A DNA stretch of 64,000 nt from Clostridia bacterium. Its GTDB lineage: Bacteria; Bacillota; Clostridia; CAKSNL01; HGM11501. The notes below the pieces were generated by a model. That model was not told where the DNA came from and searched no databases. It was given only the letters and a program-made list of their open reading frames with translations. The stretch is from the NCBI GenBank assembly GCA_045545475.1, contig JAZQAZ010000030.1:1-64000 (forward strand). Direction: 5' to 3'. This document shows, piece by piece, positions 1 to 9,734 of this stretch. A program made the position numbers and the translations under genes. The stretch's first letter is position 1, and every line of letters begins with the position of its first letter.

Positions 1-165
1 AATGCTATTTGCATTTTGATAACATCGTGTTTCACTCGCTAAAATGCTTCGCCCCCGCTGTTCTCGTCGCTCCTTAGCATTCGCTCCTCGCTCACTCCGG
101 CTTTTCGCATTTTTACGCTCGCAAAACCTCGCTTCGCAAAAGCTTTGTTGCTTTTGCTACGCTTG

Positions 166-357
166 TCTGGCAAACGTGGTGCTTAAAGGAGGGAAATATC
201 CGAAACAAAATGTTCCGCAAGGAAATTTTGTGAGGAACAAAAGTTCCCTCGACGGGAACTTTTATTTTTCCCTCCAAAGCACCCCTCTTCGGCTCTACTC
301 GTTTAAAAAGATTAAACACCGCGTTCTGGCAAACGTGGTGCTTAAAGGAGGGAAATA
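166..357. repeat. 33-bp exact direct repeat (166-198, 325-357) flanking nested hairpins
   Basis: TCTGGCAAACGTGGTGCTTAAAGGAGGGAAATA occurs twice; internal hairpins TTCC-GCAA-GGAA and AAAAGTTCCC-TCGAC-GGGAACTTTT. Confidence 0.85.
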
Positions 358-385
358 AAAATATGTATTAACTTGCTATGGCCTT

Positions 386-414
386 ATTATAGCACCGCAA
401 ATATATTTTTTCAA
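386..414 (-). promoter_or_regulatory. sigma-A-like promoter firing leftward into the structured non-coding region
   Basis: Minus strand TTGAAA-17 bp-TATAAT with TGn extended -10. Confidence 0.6.
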
Positions 415-472
415 TACCTCATTTAGTAGAAATGCACGAAGTTTTTAGCTTGTTTTTGTGCACCATTCACAA

Positions 473-1888
473 TTATATAAGCTTTTCTGACATTTCCATA
501 ATCTTAGCCTTAGCTTCATGGAACTCTTCATCCGTATAGAAGCCTTCCACGTTCCAGGTTCTGTCCGCAGTCATGGGAAGGTTAAGAAGCACCCTAGGGC
601 GTTCTTCCTCGAGACTGCATTCCCACTGACAAAGCATACCGCCGAGAACTCTGTCCGTAGGCTCAACAACGATGGGATCCGGGTATGCGGCGGACATTGC
701 CAAAAAGTGCTGCCACTTATATACGTTCCAGTCGCCATCGGTTACAGACCACTGAAGACTCTTGTGATGAGGCGGAACAATATACATAGGCTTCCACGCC
801 GCATTTATGATTTTGAAGCCTGACTCAAGTAATTCGGGTGCAAGCTGATAGTGGCTTTCCCAGGCAACAACCACACAGTCTCTTGAAATGTTTTCAGTTC
901 CTTCATAGGGAAAGCCTTCCCATACGATGGGAGTTTTGCCGAGAGAGATACACATATCAACGATTTTTTCAACAAAGTGTGAATAAAGCTTCTTTGTGGA
1001 ATCGATTCTCTGACGCTCCATATAAGTCTTGCAATCACTGCAGTGTGCCCAGTTTTCATGCTTCGCCTCGTCGCATCCGATGTGGATATACTCAGAATAC
1101 TTGAAGGTTTTTGCAATATCTGAAAGCATCTTTTGAATGTTTTCAAAAATGCCGGGCTTACCTACGCACATAATATTGTCAATCTTTCCCATATTGGGAC
1201 CGGTTACTGCCTGAACATCTTCGGTTTCTTCCTCATAAGTGTTTCCGAAAAGTTCGGGATATGCAGCTATAAGCTGCTTGGAGTGGCCGATTCCCTCAAA
1301 TTCGGGAATAAGCTGTACGCCTGCTTCTTCCGCGTACTCAACGAGATACTTGATTTCTTCCTTTGTATAGCGTGTAGCATCGTTTCCAAGACGGGGAAAT
1401 TCATCCATAGGATATGTCCAGATGGGATCGTCCGTAAAATGAAGCTGAAGATACTTTATCTTATTTAAATAGCAAAGGTCTACATAGCCGATTAATGCTT
1501 CAAATTCGTGCCACTGACGGCCAAGATCCGTCATAAATGCACGGAAATCCTTATCGGGTTTCTGACGGATACAGGTATTACGAAGAGTAAAGCCCTCTTC
1601 TGTCTTTTCCATAAGCTGAAGCATTGTGGCAAGACCGTTGGACGCACCCTCCTTATCCGAAGCCTTAACGGTTGCACCTTCAATTACATATTCGTCTTTC
1701 GCAAGAGTTTCATCATAGCAAAGGTTTATTCCCCCTTCGCCGTCTTTAAGATGTACACCATAAATCTTAAAAACTATACGGAAGAAAGCTTTTTTACAGC
1801 AAAGAAGCTTTTCGTCAGCCTGAAATGTTGATGCAATATTAATTGTGCCGGATTCTTTGAAATTTTTAGCCTTAGGTATGATGTTCAT
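473..1888 (-). CDS. GH20 beta-N-acetylhexosaminidase family
   Basis: LQLHFTDD, IPEFEGIGH and catalytic HIGCDE motifs; no signal peptide. Confidence 0.85.
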   Translation of the reverse strand: MNIIPKAKNFKESGTINIASTFQADEKLLCCKKAFFRIVFKIYGVHLKDGEGGINLCYDETLAKDEYVIEGATVKASDKEGASNGLATMLQLMEKTEEGFTLRNTCIRQKPDKDFRAFMTDLGRQWHEFEALIGYVDLCYLNKIKYLQLHFTDDPIWTYPMDEFPRLGNDATRYTKEEIKYLVEYAEEAGVQLIPEFEGIGHSKQLIAAYPELFGNTYEEETEDVQAVTGPNMGKIDNIMCVGKPGIFENIQKMLSDIAKTFKYSEYIHIGCDEAKHENWAHCSDCKTYMERQRIDSTKKLYSHFVEKIVDMCISLGKTPIVWEGFPYEGTENISRDCVVVAWESHYQLAPELLESGFKIINAAWKPMYIVPPHHKSLQWSVTDGDWNVYKWQHFLAMSAAYPDPIVVEPTDRVLGGMLCQWECSLEEERPRVLLNLPMTADRTWNVEGFYTDEEFHEAKAKIMEMSEKLI

Positions 1889-1980
1889 AAATATCCCTCC
1901 GTTTTATTTATTATCTACATTGTAGCATTTCTAGGGAAAAATACAAGTCCTATTTTTTCTTTTTTTATTAAAATATTCCC

Positions 1981-3186
1981 TTATTCTCCCAGGAGATTCT
2001 TAAAATCAAGATATATTCCTGCGGTCCAGCCAAGCATCTCGGGCATTTCATATTCGTCCTTTACGTTGGTTGAGCCTTCAACCACGTTGTACTTTTCCCA
2101 GAGTGTGCCGGTTTTTTCAAATATATCTTCGATTGCCGTAACATATTTTTTAGCTATACGAAGTGCCTCTTCCCTGTAGCCATAGCGTAAAAGTCCGTAC
2201 ACCACGATATAGTGCATAGGTGCCCATCCGTTGGGAAAATCCCACTGATAAATGGTATTACGCTTTCCTTCTTCGCATACCGCAACGCCGTGTTCTCTCT
2301 CAATTAAAGGAAGCTTTTTTACCGTTGATGCCGCCTCTTCATCCGTTGCCGCACCTGCCCATAAAATGTAAAAGCTTGCTGCAGAGAAGATGGGAGAATG
2401 TATCTTCTTTTTAAAGTTATAATCACGGAAGGTTTCCCCGTCAAACAAAAGGTTATGAATAAGCGTCTTTCTCCTATCAGCTCGTTCCTTCCAGAGATTT
2501 TCCTCGCCGTTTTCAAGTTCTTTGGAAAAGTACGCCATATTGCACTCGAAGCCGTAAAGTATGCCGTTTAAGTCCACGTGATTGAACTCCGTCTGGCAAA
2601 GCTCACATCTTGGGTTAAAGTCCCATCCGCTTTCCGCATCGCTCATTTCGTTCTCAACGATTTCACGGTCGCTCATTCCCGAAAAGTCAAGTCCCTTAAG
2701 CCTTCCCTTTATCATATTGGCAAAGGAGGGAATATTCTCATCGGTGGCATCAAAACCATAACGGTTAAGTCCCGTTTCGGTAGCTCTTTCGCATGTCCAG
2801 AATTTATATTCCTTCTTAAGCACATTGTAGGCAGTAGAAAGCCACACGGGATCCTTATAAATACCGTACAAATCCTTTACCGTTTCACATAAAAGCGGGG
2901 GCTGACTTCTGCCAAACAGTCCTCTGTGGCTTCCGTTTGGCATATAGCCGAACTTTTCAATCATATAAAGCATATTGTCGGCGTTGTTTTTAACCATAGC
3001 CTCTTTTCCGCAAAGATAAATTCCCTTTGCTGCAAAGAAAGTATCCCAGTAATACATTTCCTGGAATGCCCCTTTTACGGAAGGCACAAAATAAGGATAA
3101 GGAAGCCCCACAAGGCGGTCGTTTCCCTGCCTTTCAATCCTTACGGTATCATCCCAATGACTTTTAATATATTCTGAAAGCTTCAT
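1981..3186 (-). CDS. GH37 trehalase (cytoplasmic)
   Basis: FQEMYYWD, RSQPP, ESGWDF, QWDFPNGWAP and EKYNV motifs. Confidence 0.9.
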   Translation of the reverse strand: MKLSEYIKSHWDDTVRIERQGNDRLVGLPYPYFVPSVKGAFQEMYYWDTFFAAKGIYLCGKEAMVKNNADNMLYMIEKFGYMPNGSHRGLFGRSQPPLLCETVKDLYGIYKDPVWLSTAYNVLKKEYKFWTCERATETGLNRYGFDATDENIPSFANMIKGRLKGLDFSGMSDREIVENEMSDAESGWDFNPRCELCQTEFNHVDLNGILYGFECNMAYFSKELENGEENLWKERADRRKTLIHNLLFDGETFRDYNFKKKIHSPIFSAASFYILWAGAATDEEAASTVKKLPLIEREHGVAVCEEGKRNTIYQWDFPNGWAPMHYIVVYGLLRYGYREEALRIAKKYVTAIEDIFEKTGTLWEKYNVVEGSTNVKDEYEMPEMLGWTAGIYLDFKNLLGE

Positions 3187-3259
3187 TAAATCACCCCTTA
3201 ATATTACAAGTTACATAATACCATAAGAGATACTTTTTTTCAATAGTTTTTAAGAAGAA

Positions 3260-3286
3260 AAAACCGCAGGCAAAGCCTGCGGTTTT
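3260..3286 (-). terminator. intrinsic terminator
   Basis: AAAACCGCAGGC-AAA-GCCTGCGGTTTT hairpin after the 3293 stop. Confidence 0.75.
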
Positions 3287-3292
3287 AATATC

Positions 3293-4132
3293 TTATATAC
3301 CGAATGTATCCTTAAGATACTTTCTGCTGATTGCTGCAGCTTCCATGGGAGGTCTGTCAGTCGACTGGTCCTGTTCAACAATTAAAGTATGAACGCACGA
3401 TGCATCTGCAGCTTCAAGTATTGCCTTAAAGTCCTGTCTTCCCATTCCGAGAGGCTGGAACTTAAATTCGTTATCCTCTTTTGTGGGCTTAGCTGTTTCT
3501 TTTCCGTCGCCGTCAATCAATGCATATGCAGGACCGCCGCCTAATGCCTTGCAGGAGAAGTCTTTTAAGTGAAGCACACCAAGACGGTTTGCATACTTTT
3601 TAATGTATTCGGAAGGATTATATCCGCCATAGTGTACCCAGCAGGTATCAATCTGGGGATTTAAAATATCCTCCCCAAGTGTAGCATAAAGTCTGTCGAA
3701 AATTGTCTCTCCGTCGATTGTATCAAATTCAAAGTCGTGGTTGTGATAAAGCATTTCGATACCGCGCTTTGAAAGAGCTTCGCTGTACTTTTTGAAAAGT
3801 GCGATAGTTTCGTCCCAAACGGGAGTACCATATTTGAGCTTTGCTCTTTCATACCAGGGGATTACGCAGTACTTTATGCCAAGCTCTGCCATAAAGTCAA
3901 CAATTGCTTCACCTTCGTCAACGAAGGGCTGAGGTCCCTGATGTACGGATATGCACTTTAAGCCGTATTTAGCAAGTATTTCTTTAATTTCCTTTGCACT
4001 CTTTCCGTAAAAACCTGCAAATTCAACATATTCATAGCCCATTTCGGCAACCTTTTTAAGGGTGCCTTCAAAATCGGCAGCAAGATCATCTCTTACAGAG
4101 TAGAGCTGAAGTCCTACATTAAACTTTTTCAT
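3293..4132 (-). CDS. sugar phosphate isomerase/epimerase (xylose-isomerase-like TIM barrel)
   Basis: GLQLYSVR, YHNHDFEF, DTCW, HLKD and VEQD motifs. Confidence 0.85.
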   Translation of the reverse strand: MKKFNVGLQLYSVRDDLAADFEGTLKKVAEMGYEYVEFAGFYGKSAKEIKEILAKYGLKCISVHQGPQPFVDEGEAIVDFMAELGIKYCVIPWYERAKLKYGTPVWDETIALFKKYSEALSKRGIEMLYHNHDFEFDTIDGETIFDRLYATLGEDILNPQIDTCWVHYGGYNPSEYIKKYANRLGVLHLKDFSCKALGGGPAYALIDGDGKETAKPTKEDNEFKFQPLGMGRQDFKAILEAADASCVHTLIVEQDQSTDRPPMEAAAISRKYLKDTFGI

Positions 4133-4145
4133 AGTTGCACCAACC

Positions 4146-5315
4146 TTATATTTCGGGAATTACGACTTCGATTTCGTGGCCGATTTCAGCAGACTTTACG
4201 ATACCGTCGATAATAGCCTGATTGTAGAGAATCTGGCTTGTGGGAACGGGTGCAGTACCGTTTGTCTTAACAGCGTCTAAGAAGGAACGAATCTTCTTAT
4301 AGAAACATCCAACGCTGTCCTTAAGAATCGGGATTTCTGTGAATGTGGGTTCACCTGCAACATCGTGATAAATTTTCATAGGTCCGCCAACAGAGCCGTT
4401 CCAGCATTCGGTTGAAGGAATACGGAGTGAACCCTTTGTACCCATGATGATTGTATCTCCGGGGGTGTCAAGGTGCATATCCCATGCAATTCTGAAGTCA
4501 AGAACAATTCCGCCTTCAAGTCTTATAAAGCCTGCACCAAAGTCATCAACAGAGAACTTTTTAGCATATTCTGCGGGACGTCCGCTTCTTGTGTAGGTAA
4601 TTTCCTGCTTACCGAAGAAATCGCTCTTGAAACCTGAAACGGTTAAGGGCTTGGGATAACCGATTGCATTCAATACCATGTCAAGTGAGTAGCATCCGAT
4701 ATCACCCAGTGCACCTACGCCTGCGGTTTCATCTTCGATGAAGGATGTGCCGAAGGGTGTGGGAATACCGTGACGGCGTCCGCCACCTGTCTGAATGTAA
4801 TAAATCTGTCCGAGCTCGCCGGATTCAACGATTTTCTTGATCATCTGCATATTCGGATCAAGTCTGGGCTGGAAGCCGATGGAAATAATCTTTCCGCTTT
4901 CCTTTTCAGCCTTGCAAACTTCAACAGCTTCATCAAGTGTAACTGTGAAGGGCTTTTCAAGAAGTACGTTTACGCCTTTCTTGAGTGAATAAATAGCACA
5001 CTCTGCATGTGTTCTGTTGTATGTACAAATGGAAACTGCATCAAGGTCGGACTCTGCATCAAGCATTTCCTTATGAGAAAGATAGCAACGAACGTTTTCT
5101 ACGCCGTGCTTCTTAAAGAAAGCCTCTGCCTTTCCGGGAACAAGGTCAGCACCTGCAACGATTTCAACGTCGGGCATTTTTTTGTACTCAACAATGTGAG
5201 CATCTGCAATCCACCCTGTACCGATAATACCTACCTTAAGCTTGCGGCCGTCTGTAACCGCTGTGTCTTCTGCTTTGTTTTTGAAAGCATCCAAAATGTT
5301 ATCTGCCATATCCAT
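4146..5315 (-). CDS. Gfo/Idh/MocA family oxidoreductase
   Basis: GIIGTG Rossmann motif, LLEKP, GALGDIGCY. Confidence 0.9.
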   Translation of the reverse strand: MDMADNILDAFKNKAEDTAVTDGRKLKVGIIGTGWIADAHIVEYKKMPDVEIVAGADLVPGKAEAFFKKHGVENVRCYLSHKEMLDAESDLDAVSICTYNRTHAECAIYSLKKGVNVLLEKPFTVTLDEAVEVCKAEKESGKIISIGFQPRLDPNMQMIKKIVESGELGQIYYIQTGGGRRHGIPTPFGTSFIEDETAGVGALGDIGCYSLDMVLNAIGYPKPLTVSGFKSDFFGKQEITYTRSGRPAEYAKKFSVDDFGAGFIRLEGGIVLDFRIAWDMHLDTPGDTIIMGTKGSLRIPSTECWNGSVGGPMKIYHDVAGEPTFTEIPILKDSVGCFYKKIRSFLDAVKTNGTAPVPTSQILYNQAIIDGIVKSAEIGHEIEVVIPEI

Positions 5316-5434
5316 TCTCCTTTACACTTTTTTGCCCATAGTGGGGCTTGTTAATTCCATTATAACAGAGTAGCTATAAAAAAACAATACCGATTTTGAC
5401 CTCTTTTTGTACAATATTGACTTTTAGAAAAAAA

Positions 5435-5518
5435 GAGATCCTTCACTTTGTTCAGGATGACAAAAAACATGTCATTCTAACTCAGGCGTTTTGCCGAAAA
5501 CGCCTACGGAAGAATCTC
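5435..5518. repeat. REP-like multi-hairpin intergenic element
   Basis: GAGATCCTTC...GAAGAATCTC outer stem; AGGATGACA/TGTCATTCT and AGGCGTTTT/AAAACGCCT inner stems. Confidence 0.6.
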
Positions 5519-5524
5519 TGCTGT

Positions 5525-6364
5525 TTACCTGTATAAATAAAAGCCATTTCCGATAATCTCGCTGCTTTCGGAAAAGATTGTAAATGCCAAAGGATCCAGC
5601 TTTTTAACCCTTTCTTCAAAAGTTGGAACTTCCTTTTCTTTAAGAGCACAGAGAAGCATATATTTGTTTTCAAAGGTATAGCCTCCTCTTACAGAAAGAA
5701 TGGTAACTCCCCTCGGAGAATGGCTGGTTAAATATCTTGCCATTTCTTCTCCTTTTTCCGTAACCACAAAAGCCATCTTTGATACATTGAGCTTTCGCAT
5801 AAGCCAATCGATTGCAAAGGTAGATATAAAAAGGGCAATTATGCCGTAAAGCGTAAGATTCATTTCCCTGAATACGACCAGAGAAAGACCTATCACAAAA
5901 GCATCCACCACCAAAAGAAGCTTTCCTATGGGCATATGGGGAATAAAATGCTGAAGTATTCTGCCAAGGATATCCGTTCCTCCGGTTGATGCTCCTCCGA
6001 CAAAGGTAAGTGCTATACCAAATCCATACAGTACCGCACCTGCCACCGATGCAAGAAATATATCATCCGTAAGAGACGGAAGAAGTGCAAAAAGCTCCAC
6101 AAAAACAGAAAGAGTCAGTGAGCATATTACCGTTTTTATAATAAAGCTTTTACCGAGTATTTTTATGCCCAATATAATAAGAATTATATTTATTATTGCA
6201 AAAGAAATACCTGCCGGAACCGAAAAAACATGATACAAAATAGTAGAAAGGCCAGACACTCCTCCCGATACAACCTTATTTGGCACATAACAGAGGGATA
6301 TTCCCGCCGAGGTTAAAATAAGTCCTGTTATAATGAGCAAAAGCTCCCTTGCAATTTTTTTCAT
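5525..6364 (-). CDS. YitT family membrane protein
   Basis: GGVSG, STGGTDI, PRGVT and GGYT motifs; multiple transmembrane segments. Confidence 0.85.
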   Translation of the reverse strand: MKKIARELLLIITGLILTSAGISLCYVPNKVVSGGVSGLSTILYHVFSVPAGISFAIINIILIILGIKILGKSFIIKTVICSLTLSVFVELFALLPSLTDDIFLASVAGAVLYGFGIALTFVGGASTGGTDILGRILQHFIPHMPIGKLLLVVDAFVIGLSLVVFREMNLTLYGIIALFISTFAIDWLMRKLNVSKMAFVVTEKGEEMARYLTSHSPRGVTILSVRGGYTFENKYMLLCALKEKEVPTFEERVKKLDPLAFTIFSESSEIIGNGFYLYR

Positions 6365-6490
6365 ACTAATCCTCTTTCCCAAAAAAATAAACGGCGTATG
6401 CCAACGCCGCTTATTATAACACTTATCGGTTAAATCCGCAATATCTTAAAAAAATTAAGTGTTTTTTAGTTTTTTCATTAAATTTTACAG

Positions 6491-6652
6491 TTATTTTTCC
6501 GCTTCAACCACATTTTCTTCAACTATATCCGAATTTTTTTCTGTAACATTTTCCCATATTTCCTGTAAAGGCGGCAAGTCCTTCACTGTGAACCATATCA
6601 CAAATGCAATATAAGCAATAAGGCCCAGTATTGCCAATATACGTTTTTTCAT
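6491..6652 (-). CDS. small single-TM hypothetical protein
   Basis: MKKR plus hydrophobic segment; AGGAG SD upstream. Confidence 0.55.
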   Translation of the reverse strand: MKKRILAILGLIAYIAFVIWFTVKDLPPLQEIWENVTEKNSDIVEENVVEAEK

Positions 6653-6662
6653 ATCTATCTCC

Positions 6663-7625
6663 TTATACCGCAGCATTAATTAACCCAAAATGAGTCAAAG
6701 CAGTAACCCACAAAAATACCGTAATAACAGAAATGGCAGTGCCGAACACCACAAGATGTCCTGCCAGTTGCTCATCCGCTCCCATCTGCTGTGCCATAGT
6801 ATAGCTTGACACCGCCGAAGGAGATGCATACATGGCAAGAAGTATGGCAAGCTCCCTGTCCCTAAAGCCAAGACATATACCTACCGTAATAAATATTGCA
6901 GGAGACAGAACAAGCTTTGAGGCAATGCCCCACACTATATAAGAAACATTTCCCTTTACAAAAGCAAAATCCAGCGAAGCACCCAGAGCTATGAGTGCAA
7001 GAGGTGTTGCAATTGATGCCACGGACTTTATCGCAGAATATGCCGCTCCCGGGATTATTAAGCCAGCCTGTTTCAAGAAAAGTCCGATAAATCCGCAAAA
7101 AGAACCTATTATAAGCGGATTTTTCACTATGTTAAGCACAATCTTTTTCGCATCGGATTTTTTACCGCTTAAGGCTTCAAGACTTATTACCGCAAGAACA
7201 TTGTAAACAGGCACAATTATCGCAACCATAACCGCAGCCTTTCCTGATAATGAACCGTCGGGAAACAAACTTTCCGCCACCGGAACCCCGAAAATAAGAA
7301 AGTTACTTCTGAAAATTCCCTGGATAAGAACCCCTTTGCTTTCTTTCTTTTTACAAAACAGGCCCGCAAAAAGAAGGAGCAGGACAAAACAAACCAATAC
7401 GCTTAAAATTCCGTATGTTATTAACTTTTTATCAAAAACCTCGGAAAATTCCGATTCATATACGCTTTTAAATATGCTGACCGGAAGAAATATATCAAAA
7501 ATTATTTTATTGAGTTTTTTTGCCAGCGTTGCATCAAGCTTATTTATTTTTCTCAAATAAAAACCTAGTGCCAGAAGTACGAATATGGGAAAAACAAGAT
7601 TAAATGCCAAAACAAAGCTATCCGT
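6663..7625 (-). CDS. AEC (auxin efflux carrier) family transporter; apparent ACG start at 7625
   Basis: FRSNF, IVKNPLI, PLALIALG and SPSAVSSY motifs; AGGAGG lies 7 nt upstream of an in-frame ACG. Confidence 0.85.
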   Translation of the reverse strand, partial: TDSFVLAFNLVFPIFVLLALGFYLRKINKLDATLAKKLNKIIFDIFLPVSIFKSVYESEFSEVFDKKLITYGILSVLVCFVLLLLFAGLFCKKKESKGVLIQGIFRSNFLIFGVPVAESLFPDGSLSGKAAVMVAIIVPVYNVLAVISLEALSGKKSDAKKIVLNIVKNPLIIGSFCGFIGLFLKQAGLIIPGAAYSAIKSVASIATPLALIALGASLDFAFVKGNVSYIVWGIASKLVLSPAIFITVGICLGFRDRELAILLAMYASPSAVSSYTMAQQMGADEQLAGHLVVFGTAISVITVFLWVTALTHFGLINAAV

Positions 7626-7710
7626 AAAAACCCCTCCTTAAACAAATGAAAGGCAAAATCCTTTGGATTTTACCCTTCAAGTATAACACAATATTTCTCT
7701 CTTAGTCAAG

Positions 7711-8709
7711 TCAGTCGTATATTTTTGTATCCCAGAGCCATATTCCCTGACCTTCCGGAAGTGTAAACACCGTAACAAGACCATTTAAATATTTCTCAAT
7801 TTTTCGGATATTGCTTCTCCTGTTTCCGTAAAGACGGGATATATATTTTTCCTCGCACTTTATGGAAAGCTGATCGGGCTTTTCATCATCGATGTATTTT
7901 ATTACTCTGTCAAAAATCACTCTGCTCTGCACCATTTCTCCGAACGCCGGATGAAACGGGCCTGCAACAAATCCCTCCGTAAGGCTGTCCGACGGCTGAA
8001 GCCCCGTCCTTATAACGCGGATTCCCGCCTTTTCAAACCTGTCCGTCAGCTTAGATGCAAGGCAAACCGCATCTTCTACCGAAGCAGGGGTATACTCTCC
8101 CCGCTCATACATATCATTAAGACATGTATCCTTAAGCACCAATGTGGGATAAATCCTTACTTCAGAGGGCTTAAGTGAAATAAAGTCCTCGCAGGTTTTC
8201 ATATCCTTTTCGTCACTTGAAAAAGGAAGGTGCGTCATCATCTGAAGTCCCAGTTTAATCCCGCTTTCCTTTATAAGGTGCGAGGCCTTTTTTATATCAT
8301 CTGCCGTATGCCCTCTTCTGGCTGCCTTAAGAACCTCTTCATCCGTAGACTGAGCACCAAGTTCCACCGTGGTAACCCCAAAAGATAAAAGGTTTTCAAT
8401 TATTTCCTCATCGATATAATCAGGCCTGGTGGACAGTCTTATTCCCGTTATCTTTTTACCGTCAACAAACTGTCTTGCCGCAGAAAGAAGCTCATTCTGA
8501 AGATTTTGTTCAATTCCTGTAAAGCTTCCTCCAAAAAAGGCAATTTCCGCCTCTCCTTTTATATAGGAAAGCCATTCAGCAACCGTAGATTCCACATCCT
8601 TGCCTGTTACAGTTCCGTTTTTTCCTGTTATCCTTTTTTGGTTGCAGAAAACACAATCGTTGGGACAACCCTTATGGGAAACAAAAATCGGAATATTTGC
8701 TTTACTCAT
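7711..8709 (-). CDS. radical SAM protein (Elp3/YhcC-like)
   Basis: CPNDCVFC CxxxCxxC motif, FFGGSFT, STRPD. Confidence 0.85.
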   Translation of the reverse strand: MSKANIPIFVSHKGCPNDCVFCNQKRITGKNGTVTGKDVESTVAEWLSYIKGEAEIAFFGGSFTGIEQNLQNELLSAARQFVDGKKITGIRLSTRPDYIDEEIIENLLSFGVTTVELGAQSTDEEVLKAARRGHTADDIKKASHLIKESGIKLGLQMMTHLPFSSDEKDMKTCEDFISLKPSEVRIYPTLVLKDTCLNDMYERGEYTPASVEDAVCLASKLTDRFEKAGIRVIRTGLQPSDSLTEGFVAGPFHPAFGEMVQSRVIFDRVIKYIDDEKPDQLSIKCEEKYISRLYGNRRSNIRKIEKYLNGLVTVFTLPEGQGIWLWDTKIYD

Positions 8710-9374
8710 AAAATGTCCCCCAACGCCGCCTTTGCCGCAAGCTGTTCAGCTTCTTTTTTACTTCCGGCACATCCTTTGCCGATTACTTTATCTCCGCTTA
8801 AAACCTCGTAGGAAAACTTTTTCATATGCGCAGGGCCACTTTCCTCTACCAAACGATAGCTTATAGCTTCAAGAGCTCCGCTTTGTGCTATTTCCTGAAG
8901 TTGAGTTTTATAATCCTTAAAAGCTTTTCCTGATACGGCTTTGTCAATGACACATTTAACATTTGTCATTATCCATTTTTTTGCTTCTTCCATACCGGAA
9001 TCCAAAAATATTGCCGCAATCGTAGCTTCAACTATATCGGCAAGTATGGAAATACGTTCTCTTCCTCCGGTTGATTCTTCACCTTTATTAAGAAACAAAA
9101 ATTTTCCCAAAGAAAGACCGGACGCAACTTCATAAAGCGAGCGCTCGCATACGGCTGCAGCTCTCACCTTGGTAAGTTCTCCCTCTGGCATATCGGGAAA
9201 ATTCTCATAGAGATATTCACTTACGACAACAGATAAAATACTGTCGCCTAAAAATTCAAGTCTTTCATAGCTTCTTACGCCAAACTCATTGGCGTAAGAG
9301 CTATGAGTAAGAGCTTCTTTTGCAAGAAGCTCATTTTTGAAAGTATATCCTACGGCTTTATAAAAACCGTTCAT
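8706..9374 (-). CDS. rnc: ribonuclease III
   Basis: ALTHSS, ERLEFLGDS signature, C-terminal dsRBD (DYKTQLQE...KKEAEQ). Confidence 0.97.
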   Translation of the reverse strand: MNGFYKAVGYTFKNELLAKEALTHSSYANEFGVRSYERLEFLGDSILSVVVSEYLYENFPDMPEGELTKVRAAAVCERSLYEVASGLSLGKFLFLNKGEESTGGRERISILADIVEATIAAIFLDSGMEEAKKWIMTNVKCVIDKAVSGKAFKDYKTQLQEIAQSGALEAISYRLVEESGPAHMKKFSYEVLSGDKVIGKGCAGSKKEAEQLAAKAALGDIL

Positions 9375-9389
9375 ATTTTATCCCTCACT

Positions 9390-9611
9390 TCAGGAGTTTT
9401 GTCTGATATATTCCAGAGCGTCGCCCACCGTCTTAATGGTCTCTGCATCTTCGTCTTCAATTTCCATATCAAACTCTTCTTCCATAGCCATGATAAGTTC
9501 AATAAGGTCCATGGAGTCGCCAAGCTCCTTGAATGCAGTTTCCTCTGTAACAGAGTCAGCATCGATACCAAACTGCTCAGCTATAATGTCTTTCATCTTT
9601 TCAAATTCCAT
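9390..9611 (-). CDS. acpP: acyl carrier protein
   Basis: Acidic 73 aa, LGDSMD phosphopantetheine site, upstream of rnc. Confidence 0.9.
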   Translation of the reverse strand: MEFEKMKDIIAEQFGIDADSVTEETAFKELGDSMDLIELIMAMEEEFDMEIEDEDAETIKTVGDALEYIRQNS

Positions 9612-9734
9612 AATCTTCTTCCTTTCGTTTTTTTAGATAGTATATGCTATAATATAGAAAAAATCAATAGGTTTTTTTAACAAAAATGAATCATAATTAA
9701 AAAATAATGCACTTTTTTACAAAAAAACATCATT

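Noticed and set aside
166-200. Minus-strand ...GCACCA as a tRNA 3' end or att site
   Set aside because: No T-loop (GTTCRA) or cloverleaf can be built
166-357. 33-bp direct repeat as a CRISPR array
   Set aside because: Only two copies, a 126-bp structured spacer, and no cas genes in the window
44-358. ORFs 44..358 (+) and 113..319 (-)
   Set aside because: No SD and no recognisable domain; they simply translate the repeat/hairpin element (LANVVLKGGK appears twice)
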